IMG/VR virus record: IMGVR_UViG_3300045988_131485
DNA from: a virus
Reading direction: 5' to 3' (one strand)
Length of the DNA: 64,000 bases
How positions within the stretch are numbered: position 1 is the stretch's first letter; each line of letters opens with the position of its first letter. Positions 26,901 to 35,723 of this stretch are shown piece by piece. Both the position numbers and the translations under genes were made by a program. The notes below the pieces were generated by a model. It was given only the letters and a program-made list of their open reading frames with translations, did no database searches and was not told the DNA's origin.

Positions 26901-29113
26901 GCCTTGATGATACTTACCAAGCCGTCTGTCGCCTGGGTAATATCCATGTCGGGAGAAATAGCTTCAAAGATAGCAGAGTTTTCTGCCAGCTTTGCGGCAT
27001 CTTGCATAGCATAGCCCAGTCGTGCCCATTCCGCCGTCTGAGAAATAACTTCCTCAGTGGTTACACCCAGCGCTTTGGCTGTGCCATTGGCACTATGATA
27101 GAAACGGTCATACTCCTCTCTGGTCGCGGTCGTGACTTTTTGCAGGTCAATCATGGCCGTATCCAGATCAACGATCGTAGTAAGTGCAGATCTCAGCAGC
27201 CGGAACGCACGGAAGAGAAGCGTAGTAGCAGATACCCACTGGAGTACCTTACCTACGTTGTTCTTCAAAATGTCGCCCAAAGACTGCATATTCTTTCCAG
27301 CAGCTTTGACCTCAGATTTGAACGTGCTAAATTGCGCCGTCCATTTTCTCAAATCCATCTGATTGTCAACGCGCTTGAGGTTTTCACTCAGCTGTTGGAA
27401 TTGCGCATTAAGACCGGGATCTTGCTTCAATGCACTCCACGTTCTTCCAACTGTTTCCAAATCCGCCTTTGCTTTCTCCAAGTTTTGAGTAAACTTGAAG
27501 TCGTTGATATCACCACGCTGGACGCGGAGAAGTTCAGACATTTCCTTACTGCAAGCACCAATCAGAGATTGCAGCCGCTCATATGTCGTAACCTTCTCCC
27601 TATCCCCCATATCAGCGCCATACTGTGCCGCTGTCTCCCGGAGCAGTCTCATATTCTGCACGAGATTTTCTGTGGGGGCCACCACCTGGCTAAACTTCGT
27701 TTGCAAATCAGCAATGGTAGACGGGATACTCTGCATTGCGACATCGTAATCTCGCGCTTTGTCAGCCAGCTCCATCTGGGTATAAACCAGTTGGGTACCA
27801 TTCAAAAGACGGCTCTGTTCAAGAGCCGTCGCCTGCTTCGCATATTGAATAATATCAGCATAGGGAACCAGCTGTGCCTCCAGAGCCGCCCGCTGATTAT
27901 TCAGCACAGACAGTTGACCTTGCAAAGCCAGCAACTTGTTTTTGTCGTCGCTGGTATTCAGCTTTGTCATAGAAGACTGAACAGAGGTAATCTGCTTGTC
28001 CAGAGAGATCAACTGAGTATAGATCTTGTTCGCACCACGCAGCCGCTCCTGGAAGACAGCCACATCATTGTTCAGCTGGTCAAAACTGTTGAGGAAAGCT
28101 ACCAACTGATCTTTGGTGCCGACGCCTTGCAAAGTTTTCTTCAATCCGTCGATCTTACTCTTGAACGTGTCGGTCAGTGTTCCGGCAGATTCCAGTCGTT
28201 TCTCCAAGGCTTCCAGCCCGGAAAGCTGATCGGCCTTGATAGAACCGATGTCCTTTGTTCTCAGCTTGGTTGCTACATACTCGGCATTCTGGTACTCTTT
28301 GACCAAACGCTGCAAGCCGGAAATCTGAGCTTCCAGATTAGAGCGTTGAACATTATCCAGCCGCCCTTCGGCGGCAATCATGGTCTCAATCCGGGCATTG
28401 ACTGCGGCGTAAGTATCATTCAGCGCTGTCAAATGAGCGCTATCCGTAATCGGCTTTACAGAAGTTTGACCGACATAAGCGGCTTGAATATCAGCCAAAA
28501 GAGCCTTTTGGCGATTCAAGTATGAAACCCTTGATTCATTGTCCTTCTTGGCCTGAGCCGCTACCTGCTCCTGCTCTCTGCGCTGACGCTCCAGATTTGC
28601 AGTCACATTGGTCAAATGGGTATTGATTTCGCCAGTCTCCGCATTATAGGTTTGCAGATACGTGACGGTTCTCTGCATCTGATCCGTACCCTGAATGGTC
28701 AGATTCAGCATACGTTCCTCTTCGCCGTTCACCGCTTCCCAGCGGCCAGTGATTCGGTCAATCTGGATACCCATTTGATCCAGTTGATCAGTCATGGCAC
28801 GAGAGATGTCGGGGCTGACCTTCAAATTATTAAGCTCAGTCTTAATCTTGTTGACAGAGCTTTGATTCAAGCTCAAAGAAACACCAACGCTTTGGGATTT
28901 TGTTGCTCTGGCGATTTGCTGAGTAATCCGCTGAGTTTGAGACTGAATACCAGCTTCGTCCAGAGTTACACCAACCTTGATGCTGCTTTTGGAATTGATC
29001 AGCTTTGCAATGTTGGGAAGTTGCGCAGAAATACGTTGTGCGGAAGCCTCTTCATCAGCCTCCAGCTCACTGGTCAATACAATTTTCAGATCTTCGTCCA
29101 CATCTCTCACCAC
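20945..29113 (-). CDS. Tape measure protein (2722 aa)
   Basis: Giant helical ORF with a TP901-type TMP core (AKALGVTTEEVISQTAEWARLGY...GLKTLSMRIRG) and TM-like segments. Confidence 0.9.
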   Translation of the reverse strand: MVRDVDEDLKIVLTSELEADEEASAQRISAQLPNIAKLINSKSSIKVGVTLDEAGIQSQTQRITQQIARATKSQSVGVSLSLNQSSVNKIKTELNNLKVSPDISRAMTDQLDQMGIQIDRITGRWEAVNGEEERMLNLTIQGTDQMQRTVTYLQTYNAETGEINTHLTNVTANLERQRREQEQVAAQAKKDNESRVSYLNRQKALLADIQAAYVGQTSVKPITDSAHLTALNDTYAAVNARIETMIAAEGRLDNVQRSNLEAQISGLQRLVKEYQNAEYVATKLRTKDIGSIKADQLSGLEALEKRLESAGTLTDTFKSKIDGLKKTLQGVGTKDQLVAFLNSFDQLNNDVAVFQERLRGANKIYTQLISLDKQITSVQSSMTKLNTSDDKNKLLALQGQLSVLNNQRAALEAQLVPYADIIQYAKQATALEQSRLLNGTQLVYTQMELADKARDYDVAMQSIPSTIADLQTKFSQVVAPTENLVQNMRLLRETAAQYGADMGDREKVTTYERLQSLIGACSKEMSELLRVQRGDINDFKFTQNLEKAKADLETVGRTWSALKQDPGLNAQFQQLSENLKRVDNQMDLRKWTAQFSTFKSEVKAAGKNMQSLGDILKNNVGKVLQWVSATTLLFRAFRLLRSALTTIVDLDTAMIDLQKVTTATREEYDRFYHSANGTAKALGVTTEEVISQTAEWARLGYAMQDAAKLAENSAIFEAISPDMDITQATDGLVSIIKAYDLDVEDSLDGIISKVNEVGNKFAVSNGDIVEAMTRSSAAMAAANNTFEETVALATAAIEITRDAATVGNGLKTLSMRIRGYDEETEEYSADVSELTGTIADLTKVASNNNRGISLFEADDPETYRSTYDILSDIADIWDELTDKNRANLLEALFGKRQAQIGAAILSNFDQARSAIVKMEESAGSAGREMDKITQSLDYKLNALKETWVGVAQNLFQTDDMKLVVDALNLVSNGIDELTEKLGLFGTIGLVGAIALIYKFRAEMNMLQSTVLPVTEAIRASGVVMDGSATSVQYYATKLMGLDKSQRAAAMSALGLTAEQKKQVMTMTSLIASAQRYTIQELAEKAATDKTTAATLAKNMAKATEKRTTEQITAAMMTEILNSKKLTAAQKEAIVAALQQTAANEKQAFSLKVLGANAKAAFAAMATNPMTWITLAVTAVMALAQVWQSVKQRAEEARQSMTEAAEAANDQRNSLADLIAEYKELATAGDFDSSARETAKRIQKDITDLVGAQADNLDLVNGKLDDEIKKLDNIKLQAAYDARDTLDTKYRDAMSRYNQGINAEGSGTNFLGVVTDAGGIDQILRKIGYVNDAWENVNGQISISYALAGKNAEEVLAMYKELQHVLLSDDSWQSMADSWLGDSSQDVLNNVQQQIEFYQGLVDDYNSAQENFLKNEAVIDLGETLKTTDINTQDAFDGYIQGIKDSTEYSEAYKKILLELANDTFPEFSGAMQQATNNGGTSVYIAQLEKLTDVISGLQSSYDALASAESDMAGGGGLSAETIESLAGAEEKYLDYLYEENGVVKLNTAAWKENANAKMQGEMDEIQKEIDSLQERNATLQESIKYYEEQRNLGNDGGLWLGMIGNATEEIKKNNEAIAENQGKLAIYSSLYGSITGDLDAYTSALQNFSNVATTIDTISDSFQTLADLQAEVANGFTMSLDKALEFAKVYPEIMNNAQVAADGQIILNEGVVNSFIQGKKAELDAQIDGQIAQLEAEKAVLQAKMEAAQTQLDLAKAVAEGEGDISKELAEYRINAGNAVAQALIDAGVDEATAFKLAAAAMAQNAEEFNRVAAEVCTDVNGNFNQAAYDLAQTMYNNLTSVKTDLASVAKQAHQTAKAIAGVASGTVAGSADVQGGSGGGTGGSGIKLNLTSGSFKGTEYSYTAKESNLEDFISQIELDVSKYQDAISQIDGQIAALQALKNTPLKSFKSDTKSGSSSKKDAEEYVATIDDYREAVERLRKTQEARAELETKIDNSDDLREKILLERQLIGAYQREQEALQNLNDQRESTISSNVKALRDLGFEVQYNADTNELWIANMEHLNELVADSKGGYDTLQEATNGLRKETEDLINSLTDLNEENRDGSESWKELGQDIKEARKQIMELLDGIVEEASDAVDTIQNVYDTLHDAADEYAQSGFITVDTLQSIIGLGQKYVAYLIDENGQLVINEERIQAVIAARTQQMAIESSLAYVEALRMAKSEGDIATLNNLLYATEQATNATWGLVYANLALAGLDEDQYQAALRNINAIRAMADSAVQSIGKTVGGVTDELEEMQNGLNDILDYVMDMLKQRIQDQIDGLEDMKDAYSEIIDLKKQSLEASKDEADHQKTMASKMREIAKLQARIDMLSLDDSREAQAEKAALLKELSELQSDLADEQADRTLEAQEDALDKMEESYHDEKDKEIGILEDSISSHQKLYDMAISYIESHWDTLYSELISWNTQYGDVLNSDITNAWDNCLAAAQRYGSYVSALGSIGGDIKATQSSGTNFQVGNATYDNSSSGEDMIHAIIKEMYANSKQHAYEDAAGKLYLNRRNLELGAQLAQYGITAVRGSDGVWYADRVGGQLLYDKYRKYTYHEGGIVGGGDIKSNEQLSLLKTKEWVLSEQMVDNLTTQMDRINMLSDAMSDLPDYAGKSTLSDVMKQVGGSKTVNNITNNSRPIEVQIGDTIIHGADQSTVDKHIKVTRDMVNQIGRLIGIGR

Positions 29114-29129
29114 CTTTTTCTGTTAAATT

Positions 29130-29618
29130 TCATTTCACATTGATCCCCTGTCGTCTCAGTCCAGCTTTCAAAGCATTTACATGAGCGCGGCTTTCTTTCA
29201 GGTGCTCAATGGTTTTTGCAGTAAAAGGACGAGGCTCCATATAGCGCCTACGGCTGGGAAAATCATAGTGATAGAATTTATAACCGTCTCCAAATTCCAC
29301 CAGCTCGGGTAGATTTTTACCAGTCGTTACCTGATCGTCGTTCATACAGCCACCCGGATTCGGTTCAGTCATATTGACCACGACCATCACGCCGCCCTTT
29401 GCTGCTCCGCCTCGGATTTCAATGTTGTAGGGATCTCCCAATCCACCGTATTCTCCACGGCGACGGTACATCCGAGGGGTATAGACCTTGTACACCTCAG
29501 AGTAGATGGTGGCAGCTTCTTCATCCTGGACTTCCTCAAAGACTTCTTTTGTCATTGCGTCGTCGATTTTTGCCATAAGCTGCTTGTTTGCCTTTTCAAG
29601 CGCTTCCCGAACGTTCAT
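29130..29618 (-). CDS. Hypothetical tail-module protein
   Basis: 162-aa ORF. GGGAGGTGG SD. First gene after a conserved box. Confidence 0.5.
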   Translation of the reverse strand: MNVREALEKANKQLMAKIDDAMTKEVFEEVQDEEAATIYSEVYKVYTPRMYRRRGEYGGLGDPYNIEIRGGAAKGGVMVVVNMTEPNPGGCMNDDQVTTGKNLPELVEFGDGYKFYHYDFPSRRRYMEPRPFTAKTIEHLKESRAHVNALKAGLRRQGINVK

Positions 29619-29633
29619 GCCGCCACCTCCCGC

Positions 29634-29656
29634 TCAATAATTTTCTTTGTTGCTTA
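29634..29656 (-). promoter_or_regulatory. Conserved box TAAGCAACAAAGAAAATTATTGA
   Basis: Contains the invariant AGCAACAAAG. Its 3' end lies 15 nt before the start codon at 29618. Confidence 0.55.
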
Positions 29657-30265
29657 CGCCTTTCTTGAGTTCAGCAGACCTTGCAGGATTCCACCTTCAC
29701 CCAGTCCTTTGGTACCTTCGGAAAGGATACCGGCATACTGCATGAGCGACTCCGTGTCGATATCCTTCACCTTATCGGCCAATCCCTCCAACAGATCGCG
29801 GAGAGCTGTATCCGTACCATGATCGGCAAGAATACTGCTCTTTTTCCAGTCGATAGCCTGCCCGCACAGGGGAACCATCTCATTCAGCATATCCTGATAT
29901 CCGGCGTTCTGAACGTGATCCAAGTCCATAGCCAGATACAGTTCATTCATGGCATCCACATCCAAAGCGGAAGCTCCCGCTTCATCTGTCTCGTTTTTGA
30001 GCGTCATGGCCGGGATATTGGTACACATCTGGAGAATGGTAGCTCGCAGCATAGGCGAGACATACTCAGGGCGGAACTTGCCCGTCGCATCGAAACATCC
30101 AGAAACCACACGATTCAGAAAGGTGCTCTTCTCTGCGATAGTCAGAGCTGTATGGAATGACACCTCAAAAGAGCTGTCCCCCACAGTAAACGCCTGGGTG
30201 TAAGCATCTTCCTTCTTGTTCTCTTTCAGAAAGGCTTTCACCGTATTTACAGCGATTTTCTTCAT
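29654..30265 (-). CDS. Putative tail assembly chaperone
   Basis: Acidic 203-aa protein upstream of the tape measure. ATG at 30265 with GGAGGA 8 nt upstream. Confidence 0.4.
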   Translation of the reverse strand: MKKIAVNTVKAFLKENKKEDAYTQAFTVGDSSFEVSFHTALTIAEKSTFLNRVVSGCFDATGKFRPEYVSPMLRATILQMCTNIPAMTLKNETDEAGASALDVDAMNELYLAMDLDHVQNAGYQDMLNEMVPLCGQAIDWKKSSILADHGTDTALRDLLEGLADKVKDIDTESLMQYAGILSEGTKGLGEGGILQGLLNSRKA

Positions 30266-30266
30266 T

Positions 30267-31001
30267 TTATTGATCCTCCACAAGATTCATTGCCGCACGG
30301 AACGTCAGTTCGTCGGCGTGTTGACTGATCCAGCCGCGATGATTTTCTACCAGTCGGCATACCGCCGTCCGATCATCACCTGCAAACCAGTTCAGATAGG
30401 GGACAAAACCGGAGCGCTCCGGGTGGTCGAACAAATCATTCTGCCCCTCATGACCGATTACGATGATTTTGCAACTGTCATGTAAACGAGTCAGAACCTT
30501 CTTCAACTCGTCAAAGTAATAGTTCTGCGCCTCGTCGATGATTACCACTTTGTTCTCAAAGTTGGTACCACGCAGAAACGTGTGCGTAGCGCACTGGATA
30601 TATGCGGTTTGATACTTCTCGTTGACTGCACCATCGTAAAATGCAGTATTGCGATTTACACCGATTTTTTCCAATGCTTCATAAAATGGCTCAAAATACG
30701 GCTCGGATTTTTCCTCGATCGTGCCCTTCAAATATCCCTGCTTCTGCTCCTGAGTAGGAGAGGCAATATAGACGATGCCATTACACCGTCCGTATTGATA
30801 AAGCAAATTGGCTGTGGCTGTAGCAATCAGTGTCTTGCCGGTACCAGCTTTAGCATTGCAAAACACGATCAGCTTCTCCGTGTCCCAAATAGCATCCCGA
30901 AAAACTTTCTGGTATTCATCCAGTCTCAGTCCATAAAAAGGATGCTCCTGCAGGGTAGCGGGGACATCATAGATTTCCATGCTGGTATTTTTCTTTGCCA
31001 T
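30267..31001 (-). CDS. phoH: PhoH-like ATPase
   Basis: Walker A AKAGTGKT, Walker B VVIIDEAQN, and the GHEGQ.D motif typical of PhoH. Confidence 0.8.
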   Translation of the reverse strand: MAKKNTSMEIYDVPATLQEHPFYGLRLDEYQKVFRDAIWDTEKLIVFCNAKAGTGKTLIATATANLLYQYGRCNGIVYIASPTQEQKQGYLKGTIEEKSEPYFEPFYEALEKIGVNRNTAFYDGAVNEKYQTAYIQCATHTFLRGTNFENKVVIIDEAQNYYFDELKKVLTRLHDSCKIIVIGHEGQNDLFDHPERSGFVPYLNWFAGDDRTAVCRLVENHRGWISQHADELTFRAAMNLVEDQ

Positions 31002-31017
31002 ATCTTCTTCACTCCTA

Positions 31018-31668
31018 TCAAAGAATGGTATCAATGTCAGTTACGATCTCGTCGGCAATACCCAACACGATCATTTCTTCACTGAACAAGAACCAATCAC
31101 GGCGATAGTTCTGGTCGTAGACTTCCTCCGTGATTCGGGTGCTGGACAAGATGTACTCCTTCATGCGTTTTTCCAATTCCTTGGTAAACTCCAAGTTGTC
31201 CAACATTTTGCCGATGCTTCCGATCGCACCGGAAGATCCATCATGAATGAGACAACTGGTATGAGGAAAGACATAGCGCTTATGGCCGGCCATCAGCAGA
31301 AGTCCGCCAGCGCTGTACACTCGGCCCATACCGATCGTGTAAATCGGTGTCTTGGACAGGTGGATCATGTCGATGATGTGGAGCACCGTGTCCACGCTGC
31401 CACCATCCGAATTGATGAAGATTTTGATGGGCTTACGCTCTTCCGGCGCAATTCCCTTATCCTCGGCGTTCCACTTTTTGATATACAAAGCGATATCAAT
31501 AGTGGCGTCGCTGATATCGTCATTCCAAAGAATCTCGCGCTTTTTCAACCGGCGATAATATTCCACCATAGTGGGATCAGGCAACGTGGTGTCTAATACC
31601 CCCCCCACGTCGATAAAATCCTCGTTAAACTCCTCCATGAGCTTCTTGGTCATCTCGTTCTTTTTCAT
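31018..31668 (-). CDS. clpP: ClpP-family serine protease
   Basis: Colinear with the ClpP consensus: IKIFINSDGGSV, GRVYSAGGLLLMAG (Ser), CLIHDG (His), YRRDWFLFSEEMIVLGIADEI. Confidence 0.8.
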   Translation of the reverse strand: MKKNEMTKKLMEEFNEDFIDVGGVLDTTLPDPTMVEYYRRLKKREILWNDDISDATIDIALYIKKWNAEDKGIAPEERKPIKIFINSDGGSVDTVLHIIDMIHLSKTPIYTIGMGRVYSAGGLLLMAGHKRYVFPHTSCLIHDGSSGAIGSIGKMLDNLEFTKELEKRMKEYILSSTRITEEVYDQNYRRDWFLFSEEMIVLGIADEIVTDIDTIL

Positions 31669-32212
31669 TGAAGTCGTCCTCGCTTCCGATTTTGATATTG
31701 TTTACGACGTAATGCCCAATCATCGTGGCGTCCGCCAAGTTGTCGTTTTCAGTAACGATCCCATAAATATCCCTTGCAGCTTGCAGCGATAGGATTTTTG
31801 ATGTCTTTTTGCCCGTAGGTTCGACAGATGTGATCTTTGACTTGATCTCCTTTGTCGTCCTACCTCTTGCTTTGCAGTAATTTTGCCATTGTGTGGGTGC
31901 TACCAAATTGTACAAAATATTCGTTTTTTCACACATATTCACGAGTACGCCCTGTAGTTGAGCCAGTTTTTTGAAAGATTGAACATTCTTTCTAAGCTGA
32001 ATGTCTTCCAAAAACACCGCATCAATGTCGTGCGTTCGGATCACCTCACTAAGCAAAGCCTCAATGTGCAAAATTGCCTGCTCGAATGTATAGTTCTTGC
32101 TATCAAAGCCCCACGTCCCATAGTCCAGCAGCTTCTTTCCCTCATAGTCATAAACCGCCCATGCGCCGTGTCTGGCTTGGTCAACGGCCAAGATTTTCAC
32201 CCGTCTCACCAC
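31625..32212 (-). CDS. ruvC: RuvC-like Holliday junction resolvase
   Basis: ILAVDQA...GWAV, VFLEDIQ and LADATMIG acidic-motif pattern of phage RuvC-type resolvases. 44-nt overlap with clpP. Confidence 0.7.
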   Translation of the reverse strand: MVRRVKILAVDQARHGAWAVYDYEGKKLLDYGTWGFDSKNYTFEQAILHIEALLSEVIRTHDIDAVFLEDIQLRKNVQSFKKLAQLQGVLVNMCEKTNILYNLVAPTQWQNYCKARGRTTKEIKSKITSVEPTGKKTSKILSLQAARDIYGIVTENDNLADATMIGHYVVNNIKIGSEDDFNEKERDDQEAHGGV

Positions 32213-32257
32213 CTTTCTTTATGAGTCTGAAAAGGAGGGCCGAAGCCCTCCTTCCCA

Positions 32258-32605
32258 TTACTCCTGCTGCGACTCAGCCTCGTTATTCACCTGTTCTTCG
32301 GCCTTGGTTTCCTCCGCTTCGACTACTGCTTTCTTTGCCCTACTGTTTTCGTGCGCCAAAGCATAGATTTCCGCCAGCAGTGCTTGCACACTCGGCGTAT
32401 ATTCTGCCGTATTACGAAGGTCGATGCCGCGTTTCCGAAGAGCGCTATATGCCTGTTTCGCATCGTGGTTAGCCTGATACCCCATGAGCACCGTCCAAAT
32501 GTAGTAGTGCTCAGGGGTGTCAGTATGAAGCCTCCAGCTCCGCTCTTTCTCACAGGAATAGCAGGTTTTGTACGAAGCGCCGCACACCTTGCAATTCCGA
32601 ATCAT
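32258..32605 (-). CDS. Hypothetical zinc-ribbon protein
   Basis: CKVCG...CYSC motif followed by a helical acidic tail. Confidence 0.45.
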   Translation of the reverse strand: MIRNCKVCGASYKTCYSCEKERSWRLHTDTPEHYYIWTVLMGYQANHDAKQAYSALRKRGIDLRNTAEYTPSVQALLAEIYALAHENSRAKKAVVEAEETKAEEQVNNEAESQQE

Positions 32606-32616
32606 GGTAAACCGCC

Positions 32617-33402
32617 TCACTCCTCAAAGAGGATGTAGCACAGCTCCGCGTCGTCGGCGCAGTAATCCTTCAGAGCAGTGAAGGAGAAGGGGTGCGTACC
32701 TTCCGTGGTCAGGTTGACCGTGAAGTTGTTGTCGATCTTGGCCTTGGGGAAAACAATCTTACCGGCACGCTTGACAGACGGGTTGCACACGTCAGCAGCC
32801 AGAATGTCCACGACATACATCGCGGCCTCGGCAAAGCTCTCGGCGCTGTCCACCAGCTTGACGGCAGAATCCGTCTCGTACTCATAGAACACACCAACAG
32901 TGGTTCCGACGAAGGAAGCGGGCAGAGTGATAACCTTGCCCTCGATCTTGGCGTTACCCTCATCAACGCCGACCTCGATCATGCCGCTGATGTTCTTGTC
33001 CTCGCTCATGGTGTACACGGCAGCGGGAGCAGAAGTGGGCACGTGCTTCAGCGTAGCGGTCTTGGTGCCCTTGTCGTCCGTCACGGTGAGGATAGCAAAG
33101 TCGGCACCCTTGACCTTCTTGGAGCTATCGGCCACCTGTACCTCAGATCCGAGCTGTGCGCCCATCAGGTTCAGGTTCAGCAGAGACAGCTCACCAGAGA
33201 AGTTCACACCCTTAGCGGTGTCGAAACGGGCGAGCAGGACGCCCTGAGCGTCAGTCTTGTCGGTAGACTCGCCGGTGAACTCGATCTGGGGACTCTCCAC
33301 GCTCGTACCGGTGAAGTCCACCAAACCCGTTGCCAGGTTGATCTGAGTGATCCGACGTACCTTGTCGATGACAAATTGAGTTGCGTTAAACATGGTATTC
33401 AT
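32617..33402 (-). CDS. Major tail protein
   Basis: 261-aa beta-rich protein in the major-tail position, after the head-tail joining genes. Confidence 0.6.
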   Translation of the reverse strand: MNTMFNATQFVIDKVRRITQINLATGLVDFTGTSVESPQIEFTGESTDKTDAQGVLLARFDTAKGVNFSGELSLLNLNLMGAQLGSEVQVADSSKKVKGADFAILTVTDDKGTKTATLKHVPTSAPAAVYTMSEDKNISGMIEVGVDEGNAKIEGKVITLPASFVGTTVGVFYEYETDSAVKLVDSAESFAEAAMYVVDILAADVCNPSVKRAGKIVFPKAKIDNNFTVNLTTEGTHPFSFTALKDYCADDAELCYILFEE

Positions 33403-33426
33403 CGTCCTTTCTGTATTTTTTCGGGA

Positions 33427-34158
33427 TCATTTCAGATCCCCCATCCAATGCAGTTCCTTTTTGTCGAGCTTCTTCATATCCACACAACCGCTGTAAATGC
33501 CTTGCATTACGAAGTTGTAGCTCTTATGCTTCTGAACACGCTCTACGCTGTCCATAAAAACACCGATGGGCAACGTCCATACGTCATCCCATCGGTACTT
33601 AAATTCTGGGCAGTTTGTCAAAGAAGAGATAAGAGGTAGCAGTAATGATTGAAAAGGCTTCTGCATTTGCAGTGCCATTTCATCCCTGTCATCCTCAATC
33701 ATAATTTTTCTCGTGGCGTCATTAAATCCCGTATCCACATTCTTTTTCAGCTTATGGATTTGACGGAGATAGTCAGTCATGAGCTTATGAATAGCTCGGT
33801 CGATCACCACTCGATCTTTATTCTTCAGTACAAGGTCTGGGAGACCTGTTTGTGTACCGAGCTTAAAGGTCGTGAAATCCATATCCCCAAAAAGGATAGA
33901 CACCTCAGATTTTTGAAGCGTCTGAAAAAGGGATATGAAAAGGTCGTATTCGTCTATCTTCTCCCAGAAGACATGAAGTTTATCCCAGATTTCGACTTTT
34001 CGATCAGCGGGTGTCGAACAGATAGTACGTACCAGTCCGAAATACCGCTGCTCGCCAAAATCTACGATTTCCTCCAAGGTGGGCTGCCTGATCAAGATTT
34101 TATCGTTGATCTTGTATCCCTCTCCACGAAATAATTTCAGCTGATCAATCAATGACAC
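33427..34158 (-). CDS. Hypothetical head-tail/tail-completion region protein
   Basis: 243-aa ORF with a 14-nt overlap with the upstream gene. Confidence 0.45.
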   Translation of the reverse strand: MSLIDQLKLFRGEGYKINDKILIRQPTLEEIVDFGEQRYFGLVRTICSTPADRKVEIWDKLHVFWEKIDEYDLFISLFQTLQKSEVSILFGDMDFTTFKLGTQTGLPDLVLKNKDRVVIDRAIHKLMTDYLRQIHKLKKNVDTGFNDATRKIMIEDDRDEMALQMQKPFQSLLLPLISSLTNCPEFKYRWDDVWTLPIGVFMDSVERVQKHKSYNFVMQGIYSGCVDMKKLDKKELHWMGDLK

Positions 34159-34654
34159 CAGCCTCCCTATTCATCTCGTGGGTAACGTACGGGATCGACC
34201 ACCCGGAGTATCCTTCGTTAAACTGAACCTCATCCGCCGTACTGAGCTTGATCCCACCCAGTCCGAACAGGGGCTTGTCCCCGTTGTTCAAAATGCGATC
34301 CACCTCATCTGCCAGCAGATCCGCTCTGGAACCCTGCAGCAAGTCAATCTGGTGCTCGTTACAGATGATATAGACAGTAATCCCTGTCTCCTTAATCACA
34401 TTCGAGTCGGTATAGACCACGCGACTACGCATCGTGATAAAGTTTTTGTCATCTGTTTGTGTACCAGGGACATAAAAGTGGGTTTTGATGAGGGGTTCCG
34501 CAGGGCTTTTACTACCCGTTTTGAAATCCTCAAACTCCGCCACGTTGTTCCCTACGTTACAGAGCAAATTGACCACCGCCTGATTTTGCAGCAGCTTTCG
34601 TTTCAGCAAGATCTTCTGTTGAATCATCGAATCAAAATGCGGCACCCTCATCAC
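34145..34654 (-). CDS. Putative tail terminator / head-tail joining protein
   Basis: 169-aa ORF, assigned by position. Confidence 0.4.
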   Translation of the reverse strand: MMRVPHFDSMIQQKILLKRKLLQNQAVVNLLCNVGNNVAEFEDFKTGSKSPAEPLIKTHFYVPGTQTDDKNFITMRSRVVYTDSNVIKETGITVYIICNEHQIDLLQGSRADLLADEVDRILNNGDKPLFGLGGIKLSTADEVQFNEGYSGWSIPYVTHEMNREAGVID

Positions 34655-34658
34655 CTCC

Positions 34659-35711
34659 TTACCAGTTCACAATTTGGATTTTCATAACGGCCTCACTGCC
34701 GGAGGCGTCGTGGATTGCTTTGATCTCAATTTGTGTTCCCACAAATACGGGATCATCCGACGCCCGCAGCGTGATAACGCCGTTCATCTCATCGACAATG
34801 CTGGCCGCACCAGCAAAGTCATACTCCAAACGATATTGGAGTGGATCAATAGGAACGCCGCTCTCATCCAAGACTTGGACACAGATTTGCTTTGTCTCTC
34901 CGCCAGCGATCTTGAAATCGCCGTCCAGATCTGTCAATGTGATATGGACGCTCGCTCCCAAGGTTTCCTCCGTCCCACCGGGGACAGAAGTATAGTAATC
35001 TGCCACCATCAACTCGGCGTTATCGGTAGCGGCATTGAATTGGTCTTCCAGTACGGCCCATTGGATCAAGCCATCCTCTGCACGTTCGTCGCCCACTGCA
35101 TACGAGATCGGATCAACTCTGGTGATACGATAGGCTGTTGGATCGACCTTGTTCTTGTCCATCAAGAACCGGGTCTGAGTATCCAACATAATCGTTTCCT
35201 CATTGTACGGCAGATAAATCAGGTGCTGGTCTTCGCCAACCGTCATCTGCGTTTTACCCGCCTCACCCGTGCCATACTGTGTGCTGTTTGTGCTATATAC
35301 GGGGTATTCTACAATCTCACCTGTCAAAGGGGAGACGAATCGGATGGAGTATTTGCACTTCCAGAGTACCGCCTTTTCATAAATGCGGTTGTTATCCGGC
35401 AGCGAACTCACCAGCCAAAACGCCCCGTCGTGTTTCACGTACTGCCCACATCTCAAGATACCGATATTGCAAAGAATCTGTCTAACCGTTGTGCTGTTAT
35501 ACACATCGCTGGTTTTCTGTTGGACAATAGCTCTTACCTGCTGCGGCTCAGTTCCAATCGCCTTATCGTAGATCAAAACATCAGACCCGATAAAGGAATC
35601 GAGCACTTCCTGAAAACCATCTTGGCCGTATGCCCAAAACTCATCATCCTCAAACCCGCTGTTGAAAAGAGGGCGTGTCATTCGATACCAGCTTTTGGAT
35701 TCTTCTGACAT
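34659..35711 (-). CDS. Head-tail region protein with C-terminal Ig-like domain
   Basis: 350 aa. AAGGGGGT SD. The last 90 aa or so are beta-rich and Big-like. Confidence 0.45.
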   Translation of the reverse strand: MSEESKSWYRMTRPLFNSGFEDDEFWAYGQDGFQEVLDSFIGSDVLIYDKAIGTEPQQVRAIVQQKTSDVYNSTTVRQILCNIGILRCGQYVKHDGAFWLVSSLPDNNRIYEKAVLWKCKYSIRFVSPLTGEIVEYPVYSTNSTQYGTGEAGKTQMTVGEDQHLIYLPYNEETIMLDTQTRFLMDKNKVDPTAYRITRVDPISYAVGDERAEDGLIQWAVLEDQFNAATDNAELMVADYYTSVPGGTEETLGASVHITLTDLDGDFKIAGGETKQICVQVLDESGVPIDPLQYRLEYDFAGAASIVDEMNGVITLRASDDPVFVGTQIEIKAIHDASGSEAVMKIQIVNW

Positions 35712-35723
35712 ATTGCTACCCCC

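Noticed and set aside
20930-28525. Several long plus-strand ORFs (389, 496 and 507 aa, among others)
   Set aside because: All are antisense shadows of the 8.2-kb tape measure ORF. They are low-complexity Leu/Ile/Gln/Arg-rich translations without ribosome-binding sites.
31018-31668. ClpP homologue as the prohead maturation protease
   Set aside because: It is separated from portal, scaffold and capsid by about 6 kb of tail genes and is flanked by RuvC and PhoH. This role is not excluded, but position does not support it.
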